48,012 nucleotides of DNA from Burkholderiales bacterium (GTDB lineage Bacteria > Pseudomonadota > Gammaproteobacteria > Burkholderiales > JBOIGA01), in contig JBOIGA010000002.1 in NCBI GenBank assembly GCA_050741875.1, forward strand, positions 1 to 48,012, given 5' to 3'. Positions 8,120 to 17,885 of this stretch are shown here, one piece after another (the first letter of the stretch is position 1; the number at the start of each line of letters is the position of its first letter). The translations under genes and the position numbers were made by a program. The notes under the pieces are model-generated. The model had not been told where the DNA came from. It made no database searches and saw only the letters and a program-made list of their open reading frames with translations.

Positions 8120-9325
8120 TCACGCGGGGAGCGCTCTCGCAAGCGGCCGCTCGTCAATCGGCCAGTTGAGAATCGCGGCAACGCCCGACAATACGATCGC
8201 GATTATCCAGACCGACTGATACGAGTCCGTGACATCAAACAACAAACCGCCGACCCAGGCGCCGAAAAAAGCGCCGGCTTGGTGAAACAAAAAGACGATT
8301 CCAAAAAGCATCGACAGGAATTTCACCCCAAAGACTTGTGCGACGATTCCGCTCGTCAACGGCACGGTTCCAAGCCAGAGCAATCCCATCACTGCGGCGA
8401 AAAAGTAAACCGAGGCTTCGCTCGCCGGCAAAGCCACGAAAGCCGCAATGGCAAAGCCTCTCAGCAAGTATAGACCCGAGAGCAATGTTTTCTTGCTTGC
8501 GCGGCCGCCCAGATATCCGCACGCCAACGTGCCGAAAATATTGAACAACCCGATCAATGCGAGCGCGGTCGCGCCAACGTGCGCCGGCATCGCGAGATCG
8601 GCGAGATACGCGGGAAGGTGGGTCGCGATGAAAACGATTTGAAAGCCGCAGACGAAAAAGCCGAATGAAAGCAGCCAGAATCCCGTGTGCGCTCTCGCTT
8701 CGGCGAGCGCCTGGCGGGGGGATTGGGTGCTCGCGTGTCGGGGGTTCCCGGCAAGCGCGCGCCCCAGAGGCGCTATCAATCCGGCGAGCGCGGCGAGAAT
8801 GAGGATGGACAAGAACCACCCCGTTGCCGAAATCGAAAACTGGATAGCGGGCAACATGGCGAACTGTCCGAATGAACCCGCCGCGCTGGCCAGCCCCAAC
8901 GCGAAGCTTCGATTCTCGGCGGGGACGTTTCTTGCGATTACGCCATAGACGACTGAGAACCCGGTTCCGGATAAGCCGATGCCGATCAGCAGTCCGGCGG
9001 AAAGCGAAAGCGCCATGCCGCTTTGCGACAATCCCATCAAGACCAGGCCGGCGAGATAACTGAGCGAACCAACGGCAATCACTCGTCCGCCGCCGTGACG
9101 GTCGGCGATCATTCCGGCGAAAGGCTGGAAAATTCCCCAGACGAGGTTTTGCAACGCTATCGCGAAAGCGAAAACTTCGCGCCCCCAGTTCAAGTCCGCG
9201 CTCATTGGCTGCAGGAAAAGCCCGAAGCTGTGGCGGATCCCCAGGCTCAACGTGAGAATGAGGCCGCCACACAGGACGATCGTTCGGAGGTTCGGCACGC
9301 AGTCAGGACGGGGGACTAAACTCAA
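8120..9325 (-). CDS. MFS transporter
   Basis: About 12 hydrophobic helices. MFS motif A-like GMIADRHGGGRV. Start uncertain (TTG at 9325 or GTG at 9298). Confidence 0.85.
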   Translation of the reverse strand: MSLVPRPDCVPNLRTIVLCGGLILTLSLGIRHSFGLFLQPMSADLNWGREVFAFAIALQNLVWGIFQPFAGMIADRHGGGRVIAVGSLSYLAGLVLMGLSQSGMALSLSAGLLIGIGLSGTGFSVVYGVIARNVPAENRSFALGLASAAGSFGQFAMLPAIQFSISATGWFLSILILAALAGLIAPLGRALAGNPRHASTQSPRQALAEARAHTGFWLLSFGFFVCGFQIVFIATHLPAYLADLAMPAHVGATALALIGLFNIFGTLACGYLGGRASKKTLLSGLYLLRGFAIAAFVALPASEASVYFFAAVMGLLWLGTVPLTSGIVAQVFGVKFLSMLFGIVFLFHQAGAFFGAWVGGLLFDVTDSYQSVWIIAIVLSGVAAILNWPIDERPLARALPA

Positions 9326-9345
9326 ACAAACTCGGTCCTGAGTCT

Positions 9346-9753
9346 CTATTCAATGGCCGGAAAATCGTGCGCGTACTTCAGAATCCATTCGCGCGCCGCT
9401 TCTTCTCCGCTCAGCTGCCGGCCTTCGCTTTCGCGGACCTCCTTGCGGTAGAGTTCGATGTGGCAAAGCTGCTCGACCATGCGCGTGAGAAAAAGATCGG
9501 ACTCGTCGAGAAACTGGATTCCGACGTCGTAATCGCCGTTGCGCTTTTTGCACCAGACGACTTTGCCCGTCGTTGCGAACGAGGGCGTGATCGTCGGCAC
9601 ACGTATTTGCACGACGGTGTCTTGCTCGAGAAACTCGTGCGATTCGCACGCGAGCCCGCCGAAACTGACGTTGCTCAAGCGTTCTCCGATCTCATGATCG
9701 TTGCGGGCGATTTCGATAGGGATGTCGGAAGGGTGTCTTAAGAAGGCGCGCAC
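9346..9753 (-). CDS. PilZ-domain protein (putative c-di-GMP receptor)
   Basis: RxxxR (RAFLR) near the N-terminus and the (D/N)xSxxG motif (NVSFGG). GTG start. Confidence 0.75.
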   Translation of the reverse strand: MRAFLRHPSDIPIEIARNDHEIGERLSNVSFGGLACESHEFLEQDTVVQIRVPTITPSFATTGKVVWCKKRNGDYDVGIQFLDESDLFLTRMVEQLCHIELYRKEVRESEGRQLSGEEAAREWILKYAHDFPAIE

Positions 9754-9756
9754 GAT

Positions 9757-9827
9757 GTGAACGGTGATCAGTGAACAGTTAACGGCTGCTCCATGTTCCT
9801 GTTCTGATGACCGTGCTCACTGTTGAC
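9757..9827. repeat. 7-nt-period inverted arrays GTGAACG GTGATCA GTGAACA GTTAACG / CCTGTTCTGATGACCGTGCTCACTGTTGAC
   Basis: Fills the 75-nt spacer between the hydrolase stop (9829) and the PilZ GTG (9753). Confidence 0.85.
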
Positions 9828-9828
9828 T

Positions 9829-10725
9829 TTAATCCAGCAAGAAATTTCTGACCGCCGCAATCTGATCGTCGGCCATGAGCATCGGCGCGTGGCCGACTCC
9901 CAAGAACTCGACGAGTTTAGCTTTCGGGCCGCGCGAGGTCATTTCGCGCGCGGTCTCGGCGAGAAGCAGGTCGGATTCCGCCCCGCGCATCACGAGTGTC
10001 GGGCAACTCACCTTGTCGTAGACGTTCCACAAAGCGATGTCGGTGAAAATTCCCTGGCGAAAGGGCGCGCCTATGGCGGGATCGTAAACGAATCCCCACG
10101 TTCCGTCGCGGTGTTGTTTGGCGCTGTGCAGCGCGAGGTGATTCCACTGCGGATCGGTCAACGGCCCAAAAGACGCTGAGTATTTTCGCATGGCGTCTTC
10201 GAGTTCCTTAAGCGAGGCGAAGCGCGGATCGCGTCCGACGTACTGTCCGATCCGGCGCAGCGAAGCGGCGGGAATAAGCGGCCCCACGTCGTTCAACACC
10301 AGCCGCCGAATAGGGCTTCCGGGCTGTGCCGCGAGCATCATGCCGATCAGGCCGCCCATCGAAGTCCCCACCCAGTCTATGACGGCTTTTGGCTTCTTGC
10401 GAAATAATCGTGCGATCCATCTTTTGAGCGTCGCTTTCACGCCGGTCACGCGGGCGATAAACGTTGTCATATCGGCGATGTAAAGCGGATAGCCGTAGTC
10501 TTCTGGCGAGCGCAGCCAGTCGCTCTTGCCTCTTCCGGCAACGTCGGGGCAGACAACACGGCACTCACGCGCGAGAACTTGGGCGAGGAAATCGAAGTCT
10601 CTCGCATTTCGGGTTAAACCGTGGACGCAGATGACGACGTGCGGATTATCGTGATCTCCCCAGTCGTAGTAGTTGAGTCTGTGAAAACCGTGCGGGCCGA
10701 GACACAAAATGTTTTCGGTTTTCAT
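9829..10725 (-). CDS. alpha/beta-fold hydrolase
   Basis: HG oxyanion motif (VICVHGL). Nucleophile elbow GTSMGG. C-terminal GHAP histidine region. Confidence 0.85.
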   Translation of the reverse strand: MKTENILCLGPHGFHRLNYYDWGDHDNPHVVICVHGLTRNARDFDFLAQVLARECRVVCPDVAGRGKSDWLRSPEDYGYPLYIADMTTFIARVTGVKATLKRWIARLFRKKPKAVIDWVGTSMGGLIGMMLAAQPGSPIRRLVLNDVGPLIPAASLRRIGQYVGRDPRFASLKELEDAMRKYSASFGPLTDPQWNHLALHSAKQHRDGTWGFVYDPAIGAPFRQGIFTDIALWNVYDKVSCPTLVMRGAESDLLLAETAREMTSRGPKAKLVEFLGVGHAPMLMADDQIAAVRNFLLD

Positions 10726-10743
10726 TTTGTGGATCGGCTCAGG

Positions 10744-10792
10744 TTTCAGCGGAGGCTAACCTGCGCATGCAGGTTAGGCCGGAGCCAAAACC
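10744..10792. repeat. 49-bp direct repeat, copy 1 (contains a 9-bp stem / 4-nt loop hairpin CTAACCTGC-GCAT-GCAGGTTAG)
   Basis: Identical to 10848..10896. Confidence 0.95.
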
Positions 10793-10847
10793 TAAACCCA
10801 GGCAAAGGATCGTCTCCTTTTTCATTCGCCGGCGACCGGCCGCACGC

Positions 10848-10896
10848 TTTCAGCGGAGGCTAACCTGCGCATGCAGGTTAGGCCGGAGCCAAAACC
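10848..10896. repeat. 49-bp direct repeat, copy 2
   Basis: Perfect copy of TTTCAGCGGAGGCTAACCTGCGCATGCAGGTTAGGCCGGAGCCAAAACC, 104 bp downstream of copy 1. Confidence 0.95.
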
Positions 10897-10991
10897 GCCA
10901 GGTTCGAGACAGAGAATGTTTTCCGAGTGCAAATTTTTGTTTTTTTGAGCGAAGAGCGGCGGATTTTACAGGAAAGTTTTGTGGGAAAGAT

Positions 10992-11020
10992 TTGTCTCTG
11001 GAACGAATGAGGACTAAAAT
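10992..11020 (+). promoter_or_regulatory. sigma70-like promoter of the suf operon (TTGTCT-N17-TAAAAT)
   Basis: -35 TTGTCT at 10992..10997, 17-nt spacer, -10 TAAAAT at 11015..11020, 43 nt upstream of the Rrf2 ATG. Confidence 0.5.
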
Positions 11021-11025
11021 AGTCC
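11011..11025. promoter_or_regulatory. IscR/Rrf2-type operator palindrome GGACTAAAATAGTCC
   Basis: Perfect 6-3-6 palindrome overlapping the -10. Its core GACTAAAATAGTC fits my recollection of the E. coli IscR type-1 core GACTRwwwYAGTC. Confidence 0.6.
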
Positions 11026-11031
11026 CATATT

Positions 11032-11063
11032 GAAAGGAGAACGGCGAGAAAGGAGAACGGCGA
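11032..11063 (+). repeat. perfect 16-bp x2 tandem duplication GAAAGGAGAACGGCGA covering the SD of the Rrf2 gene
   Basis: Copies at 11032..11047 and 11048..11063. The last base is the A of the ATG. Confidence 0.95.
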
Positions 11064-11509
11064 TGATGCGCATGAGCAAGCTGGCGGATTACAGCACGGT
11101 AGTGATGACGTATATGGCGCGTGATCCCGCGGCCTTGCATAGCGCACACGAAGTTTCGCAGAGAGTGAGAGTGGCGCTGCCGACGGTGAGCAAGATTTTC
11201 AAGATCCTGGCGAAAGAAGGGCTCGTGGTTTCGACTCGTGGCGTCAAAGGTGGTTATCTGTTGGCCAGAGCGCCGGAAAAAATCTCGATCGCCGAAATCA
11301 TTGACGCCGTGGAAGGTCGGATCTCGCTCACCGAATGCAGCCATCACGCGGGCTTGTGTGTGCAGGAAGCGCATTGCTCGGTGCGGGGTAACTGGCAACG
11401 AATCAACGCCGCGGTGCGCCGGGCTCTGGAGGGCGTCAGCCTCGCTGACATGTCCAGGCCAATAATGCGCAAAGTCGATGTCGCAGGCTTGAAGCGCGCG
11501 GCGGCTTAA
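11063..11509 (+). CDS. Rrf2-family Fe-S-sensing transcriptional regulator (IscR-like)
   Basis: N-terminal w[21 protein letters not shown]. Cys triad C-x6-C-x5-C ([14 protein letters not shown]). ATG at 11063 follows SD AAAGGAG. Confidence 0.85.
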   Translation: MMRMSKLADYSTVVMTYMARDPAALHSAHEVSQRVRVALPTVSKIFKILAKEGLVVSTRGVKGGYLLARAPEKISIAEIIDAVEGRISLTECSHHAGLCVQEAHCSVRGNWQRINAAVRRALEGVSLADMSRPIMRKVDVAGLKRAAA

Positions 11510-11528
11510 GAAACTCAAGGGATTTGAC

Positions 11529-12963
<1,435 letters not shown>

Positions 12964-12965
<2 letters not shown>

Positions 12966-13012
12966 TTGAAGGATGAGGGATGAGGGATGAAAGATGAAGG
13001 ATGAAAAGAAAA
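12964..13012 (+). repeat. one-armed 7-nt-period array (GATTGAA GGATGAG GGATGAG GGATGAA AGATGAA GGATGAA) in the sufB-sufC spacer
   Basis: Read directly. ATGA recurs every 7 nt. Confidence 0.9.
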
Positions 13013-13014
13013 GC

Positions 13015-13767
13015 ATGCTGAGTATTAAAAATTTGCAAGTCGCTGTGGACGGCAAAGAGATCCTGCGCGGGATCGACTTGCGGGTGAACGCGGGCGAAGT
13101 GCACGCAATCATGGGTCCGAACGGATCGGGAAAAAGTACGCTCGCGCAGGTTTTGGCCGGGCGCGAAAGCTACGAAGTGACCGGCGGGAGCGTGACTTAT
13201 CAGGGGAATGATCTCCTCGCGCTTTCGCCCGAAGAGCGCGCGCACGACGGGGTTTTTCTCGCCTTCCAGTATCCGGTCGAAATCCCGGGAGTCTCCAATA
13301 TCTATCTTATGAAAGCCGCGCTCAACGCCAAGCGCAAGCACATGAATCTGCCCGAGCTCGACGCGATGGAGTTTTTGGCGCTCATCAAAGACAAGATGAA
13401 GCTCATGAATATGGGCGAGGAGTTGCTCTACCGCGCGGTGAACGAAGGTTTTTCGGGCGGCGAGAAGAAACGCAACGAGATTCTGCAAATGGCCGTGCTC
13501 GAACCCACGCTGGCGATCCTCGACGAAACCGATTCGGGCCTCGACATCGATGCCCTCAAGATCGTCGCGGACGGAGTCAATTCGTTGCGCGCCAAAGACC
13601 GGGCAATCGTCCTCGTCACGCATTATCAGCGGTTGCTGCACTACATCGTTCCCGATTTTGTGCACGTGCTTTCGGAAGGGCGGATCGCCAAATCGGGCGG
13701 CGCCGATCTCGCGCTTAAGCTCGAGGAAAAAGGTTACGGCTGGATCGAACAAGGAGCCCGCGCGTGA
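13015..13767 (+). CDS. sufC: Fe-S cluster assembly ATPase SufC
   Basis: Walker A GPNGSGKST. ABC signature FSGGEKKR. The N-terminus MLSIKNLQV matches the usual SufC start. An in-frame ATG at 12994 is an alternative. Confidence 0.93.
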   Translation: MLSIKNLQVAVDGKEILRGIDLRVNAGEVHAIMGPNGSGKSTLAQVLAGRESYEVTGGSVTYQGNDLLALSPEERAHDGVFLAFQYPVEIPGVSNIYLMKAALNAKRKHMNLPELDAMEFLALIKDKMKLMNMGEELLYRAVNEGFSGGEKKRNEILQMAVLEPTLAILDETDSGLDIDALKIVADGVNSLRAKDRAIVLVTHYQRLLHYIVPDFVHVLSEGRIAKSGGADLALKLEEKGYGWIEQGARA

Positions 13768-15035
13768 GCGAGCTTGCGACGCTTCCACCAAGCTCCTTGT
13801 CGTGGCTGCGGCGCGCACGCGAACGTGCCCGCGATAAGTTTGCGCGCCTCGGGTTTCCCACGACTCGCGACGAAGAGTGGAAGTACACCAATGTCGCGGC
13901 GCTCGCGAAACGCTCTTTCCCTCTCGCCCGAAGCTTGGAGAGCGCAATCGCGAGAGAACAGGTCCGGGCGTTGAGCTGCAGTGAGCTTCCCTGCCATCTC
14001 ATGGTTTTCGTCAATGGAAACTACGTCGCGGAGTTGTCGAATGCGCTCCCGGCTGAAGCGAAGTCTTTGGCGCAGGCATTGAAAGATGCACCCGAGACGG
14101 TCAAACCTTTTTTCGATGCCCAAACAGAAACCGCTTTCGACGCGCTCAATCTCGCTTTCGCGAGCGATGGCGCGGTTCTGCGTCTCCGCAAGGGCGTACA
14201 GGTCGAGCGGCCGATTTATCTCCTGTTTCTTTCGACCGACGAGGATCACGCGATTCATTCGCGCAATTTTATTGTCGCTGAAGAAGGCGCGCAGGCGACA
14301 GTGGTCGAACATCATTGCGGGCTGAACGGCGCCGCTTACTTCACCAACTCGGTAACGCGGATCGCGGTCGGGAAGAACGCGACGCTCAAACATTACAAGC
14401 TGCAGCAGGAAGGAATGAACGCTTTCCATATCGCGAGAATTGATTGCCGGCAGGAGCAGGGGAGCCGCTTCGACTCGCATTCCCTCGCTCTGGGAGCGAA
14501 GCTTTCGCGCAGCGAAATTCGCACTACCTTCGCGGGTGAGCATGGAGAAACCGCTTTCAACGGCTTGTATGTCGCCGGCGGCGACCAGCATATCGACCAT
14601 CAGACGCTCATCGACCATGCCGAGCCGGAGTGCGTGAGTCGGGAATTCTATCGCGGCGTGTTGAACGATTCGGCGCGGGCGGTGTTCAACGGTAAAGTGA
14701 TTGTGCGCGAAGGTGCGCAGAAAAGCGACGCGTCGCAGTCGAATCACAATCTTTTGCTGTCAAGGGAAGCCGAAGTGGACACGCGTCCCCAGCTCGAAAT
14801 CTATGCCGACGACGTCAAGTGCGCGCACGGGGCGACAGTCGGACAGTTGGATGCGGACATGATTTTTTACCTACGCTCGCGCGGCGTGCGCGAAGAGCTG
14901 GCGAAAGCGATACTCACTTACGCGTTCGCCCACGACATCCTCGGCCGTATCGAGCTTGAGCCGCTCAAACGCAAAGTCGCCGACGCCCTGATCGCGCGGT
15001 TGCCCGAGAGCGAACGCATCAAGGAATTCGTATGA
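13764..15035 (+). CDS. sufD: Fe-S cluster assembly protein SufD
   Basis: GTGA overlap with sufC. SD AAGGAG. C-terminal SufB/D beta-helix region ([22 protein letters not shown]). Confidence 0.9.
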   Translation: MSELATLPPSSLSWLRRARERARDKFARLGFPTTRDEEWKYTNVAALAKRSFPLARSLESAIAREQVRALSCSELPCHLMVFVNGNYVAELSNALPAEAKSLAQALKDAPETVKPFFDAQTETAFDALNLAFASDGAVLRLRKGVQVERPIYLLFLSTDEDHAIHSRNFIVAEEGAQATVVEHHCGLNGAAYFTNSVTRIAVGKNATLKHYKLQQEGMNAFHIARIDCRQEQGSRFDSHSLALGAKLSRSEIRTTFAGEHGETAFNGLYVAGGDQHIDHQTLIDHAEPECVSREFYRGVLNDSARAVFNGKVIVREGAQKSDASQSNHNLLLSREAEVDTRPQLEIYADDVKCAHGATVGQLDADMIFYLRSRGVREELAKAILTYAFAHDILGRIELEPLKRKVADALIARLPESERIKEFV

Positions 15036-16297
15036 GCGCTGAAATCAAGCCGATCATTGATTCGCGGAAGTGGGGCTCGACCGCAGTCGAGCACTGGCGC
15101 GCGGATTTCCCCGTGCTAGCCTCCAGGGTGCACGGCAAGCCGCTCGTTTACCTCGACAATGGCGCCACCACGCAAAAACCGCAGGCGGTGATAGACACCG
15201 TGACTGAATATTACCGGCATTACAACTCGAACATTCACCGCGGCGTGCATGCGCTGTCGCAGCGGGCCACCGAAGCCTACGAGAACGCGCGCGAGAAGGT
15301 GCGCGCGTTTCTGAACGCCGCGAATACCCGAGAGATCATTTTCGTGCGTGGCACGACCGAAGGCATTAACCTAGTCGCGCAGGCTTTTGGCCGGCCGCGG
15401 TTGAGTGCGGGAGACGAAATCCTGATCACTGCGATGGAGCACCATTCGAACATCGTTCCCTGGCAGCTTTTGTGTGAGCAGACCGGGGCAACGCTCAAAG
15501 TCGCTCCGATCAACGATTCCGGAGAGCTAATCCTTGACGAGTTCGAACGATTGCTGTCCGAGCGAACAAGGCTGGTCGCGCTGGTGCATGTGTCGAACGC
15601 GCTGGGCACAATCAATCCAGTGCGCAAGATGATCGCGGCGGCGCACGCGCGCGGAGTTCCAGTGCTGCTCGACGGCGCGCAGGCTGTCGCGCATCTCAAG
15701 GTTGACGTGCGCGAGCTCGACTGCGACTTCTACGCGTTCTCGGGCCACAAGGTGTTCGCGCCGACGGGAATCGGCGTGCTCTACGGAAAAGCGGATCTGC
15801 TGGAGCGGATGCCGCCCTGGCAGGGCGGCGGCGACATGATTTTGAGAGTGTCGTTCGCCAAGACCACTTACAACGCGCTGCCGTACAAGTTTGAAGCGGG
15901 GACACCCAACATTGCCGGCGCCATTGCGCTTGGCGCGGCTGTTGATTATATCGCGCGCACCGGCATCGAAGACATCGCGACGCACGAACACGACCTGCTT
16001 GTTTACGCGACGAACAGACTCGCGGAAATCCCCGGTTTGCGCATCATTGGCACCGCGAAGGACAAAGGCGCGATCCTGTCGTTCGTCATGGACGGCGCAC
16101 ATCCGCATGATATCGGTACGATCCTCGATCACGAAGGGATCGCGATCCGCGCTGGGCACCACTGCGCCATGCCGGTGATGGAAAGATTCGGCGTTCCGGC
16201 GACCGCGCGCGCGTCTTTCGCTCTCTACAACACCCGCGGCGAAGTGGATTCGCTCGTCGCAGGATTGCATCAGGTGCAAAAGCTTTTGGGCGTATGA
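15032..16297 (+). CDS. sufS: cysteine desulfurase SufS (class II)
   Basis: PLP-lysine region [16 protein letters not shown]. Catalytic Cys loop [13 protein letters not shown] overlap with sufD. Confidence 0.95.
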   Translation: MSAEIKPIIDSRKWGSTAVEHWRADFPVLASRVHGKPLVYLDNGATTQKPQAVIDTVTEYYRHYNSNIHRGVHALSQRATEAYENAREKVRAFLNAANTREIIFVRGTTEGINLVAQAFGRPRLSAGDEILITAMEHHSNIVPWQLLCEQTGATLKVAPINDSGELILDEFERLLSERTRLVALVHVSNALGTINPVRKMIAAAHARGVPVLLDGAQAVAHLKVDVRELDCDFYAFSGHKVFAPTGIGVLYGKADLLERMPPWQGGGDMILRVSFAKTTYNALPYKFEAGTPNIAGAIALGAAVDYIARTGIEDIATHEHDLLVYATNRLAEIPGLRIIGTAKDKGAILSFVMDGAHPHDIGTILDHEGIAIRAGHHCAMPVMERFGVPATARASFALYNTRGEVDSLVAGLHQVQKLLGV

Positions 16298-16737
16298 GCG
16301 ATCTGCGCGATCTATACCAGGAAGTCGTCTTCGACCACTACAAGAAGCCGCGCAACTTCGGTTGTCTTTCGAACGCCAATCGCAAGGCCGAGGGCGACAA
16401 TCCTTTGTGCGGGGACCGGATTACCGTGTACCTCCATATCGAGGACGGACTCGTCGCCGATGTGAGTTTTGAGGGTTCGGGTTGCGCGATCTCGACGGCT
16501 TCGGCTTCGCTCATGACCGAGGCGCTCAAGGGCAGAAGCGAAAGCGACGCGGCAAAACTCATCGAAAGTTTTCATGCGTCGCTCACCACTCCGGAAAAAG
16601 AGCGTGCGCAACTAGGCAAGCTCGAAGTTCTTCAAGGAGTGCGCGAATTTCCCGTCCGGGTAAAGTGCGCGACTCTCGCATGGCACACGGCGAACTCGGC
16701 TTTGAAAAATATCAAAGAGAAGGTGACGACAGAATGA
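16294..16737 (+). CDS. sufU: SufU / NifU-like sulfur-transfer protein
   Basis: Motifs [19 protein letters not shown] and [12 protein letters not shown] overlap with sufS. Confidence 0.85.
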   Translation: MSDLRDLYQEVVFDHYKKPRNFGCLSNANRKAEGDNPLCGDRITVYLHIEDGLVADVSFEGSGCAISTASASLMTEALKGRSESDAAKLIESFHASLTTPEKERAQLGKLEVLQGVREFPVRVKCATLAWHTANSALKNIKEKVTTE

Positions 16738-17102
16738 GCGTTGAATGGAAAAACGTTTCGGACAATGAGGAGGGAAAGGAAGACGTGAAGGTCCCTCTTG
16801 AGCAGTTGCGGGAAAATATCATCCGCGCGCTGTCCACGATTTACGATCCCGAAATCCCGGTCAACATCTACGATCTCGGGTTGATTTACGATCTCGACGT
16901 GGACGCGCAAGGCAAAGTTGATGTGCGGATGACTCTGACCGCGCCGGGTTGTCCGGTCGCGCAAACTTTTCCGGGAACGGTTGAGCAGCAGCTCTACTCG
17001 GTTCCGGGCGTGACTGAGGCCAGGGTGGAATTGGTTTGGGACCCGCCATGGGACCGCGAGCGAATGAGCGAAGCGGCGAAGCTCGAGCTTGGAATGCTCT
17101 GA
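16734..17102 (+). CDS. sufT: DUF59 / SufT-type Fe-S assembly protein
   Basis: IYDPEIPVNIYDLGLIY...MTLTAPGCP is a typical DUF59 core. ATGA overlap with sufU. Confidence 0.85.
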   Translation: MSVEWKNVSDNEEGKEDVKVPLEQLRENIIRALSTIYDPEIPVNIYDLGLIYDLDVDAQGKVDVRMTLTAPGCPVAQTFPGTVEQQLYSVPGVTEARVELVWDPPWDRERMSEAAKLELGML

Positions 17103-17151
17103 CAAAAAGCGTGAGGGGTGAGGCCTGTCCTGAGCGAAGTCGAACGAAGCG

Positions 17152-17466
17152 ATGAGTGAGTGGTTGAACGTGGCAAAAGCCGACGACATCGAGCCCGGAA
17201 AGTGGCTAACGGCTGAAATCGGCAACACTTTCGTCGCCGTGTTCAATCTGAACGGCGAATACTTCGCGATCGAGGACGTCTGTACTCATGACGGCGGCGA
17301 TCTGGCTTCGGGCTGGCTCGAAGGAGAAGAAATCGTTTGTCCTCGCCACGGCGCGCGTTTTTGTGTGAAGACCGGCGAAGTGCGTTCTCCCCCGGCCTAC
17401 GAAGATGTGCAGGTGTTTCCGGTGAGAGTCGAGGACGGAACGGTTCAGGTTAAACGTGAAAAGTGA
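17152..17466 (+). CDS. Rieske [2Fe-2S] ferredoxin-like protein
   Basis: Rieske ligands CTHDGG ... CPRHGARF. Confidence 0.85.
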   Translation: MSEWLNVAKADDIEPGKWLTAEIGNTFVAVFNLNGEYFAIEDVCTHDGGDLASGWLEGEEIVCPRHGARFCVKTGEVRSPPAYEDVQVFPVRVEDGTVQVKREK

Positions 17467-17885
17467 AACGCGAAAATCTATCGCTGCCGGCCGCGTGTAG
17501 AGCTGAGATCGAAGCGTGGGCGAGCAAAGGCTACCCCAACGAGACCTGCGGGCTTTTGATCGGCGAAAGAAACGGCAGTGCGATCGAAGTGAAAGAGGTT
17601 GTCGCTGCGCGCAATCTCAACGGCGAGCGTGCAGCGGACCGCTTCGAGCTCGATCCCAAGGATTTTCTCGCGGCCGACGAGAAAGCGAGGCGCGACGGTC
17701 TCGAACTCGTCGGCTGCTGGCATTCGCATCCCGATCATCCGGCCCGTCCGAGTCCAACCGACCGCGAATTCGCCTGGCCGGGATGGTCATACATCATCGC
17801 TTCGGTCGGCCGCGATGGCGTGGCTGAACTGCGCTCGTTCTATTTCGACGCCGACCAGTTTTCGGAACAATTGATCGAACCATGA
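17463..17885 (+). CDS. mec: JAMM/MPN+ metalloprotease (Mec-like)
   Basis: ETCG glutamate motif and the JAMM motif HSHPDHPARPSPTD. GTGA overlap with the Rieske gene. Confidence 0.85.
   Translation: MKRENLSLPAACRAEIEAWASKGYPNETCGLLIGERNGSAIEVKEVVAARNLNGERAADRFELDPKDFLAADEKARRDGLELVGCWHSHPDHPARPSPTDREFAWPGWSYIIASVGRDGVAELRSFYFDADQFSEQLIEP

Noticed and set aside
10744-10896. The 49-bp repeats as a CRISPR array.
   Set aside because: There are only two copies, a 55-bp spacer and no cas genes. The repeat length and the internal perfect hairpin fit a REP-like or regulatory element better.
10893-10912. GGTTCGAGAC (tRNA T-loop-like) near 10900, and GATTCGAAC near 40, as tRNA genes.
   Set aside because: No acceptor stem, anticodon arm or D-arm can be drawn around either site.
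11011-11025. A functional link between the IscR-type half-site GGACTA and the AGGACTA heptamer arrays at 1165 and 7887.
   Set aside because: The arrays lack the palindromic 6-3-6 geometry. Other loci use unrelated heptamers with the same architecture, so the resemblance is most simply coincidence. It is noted under the operator finding only.
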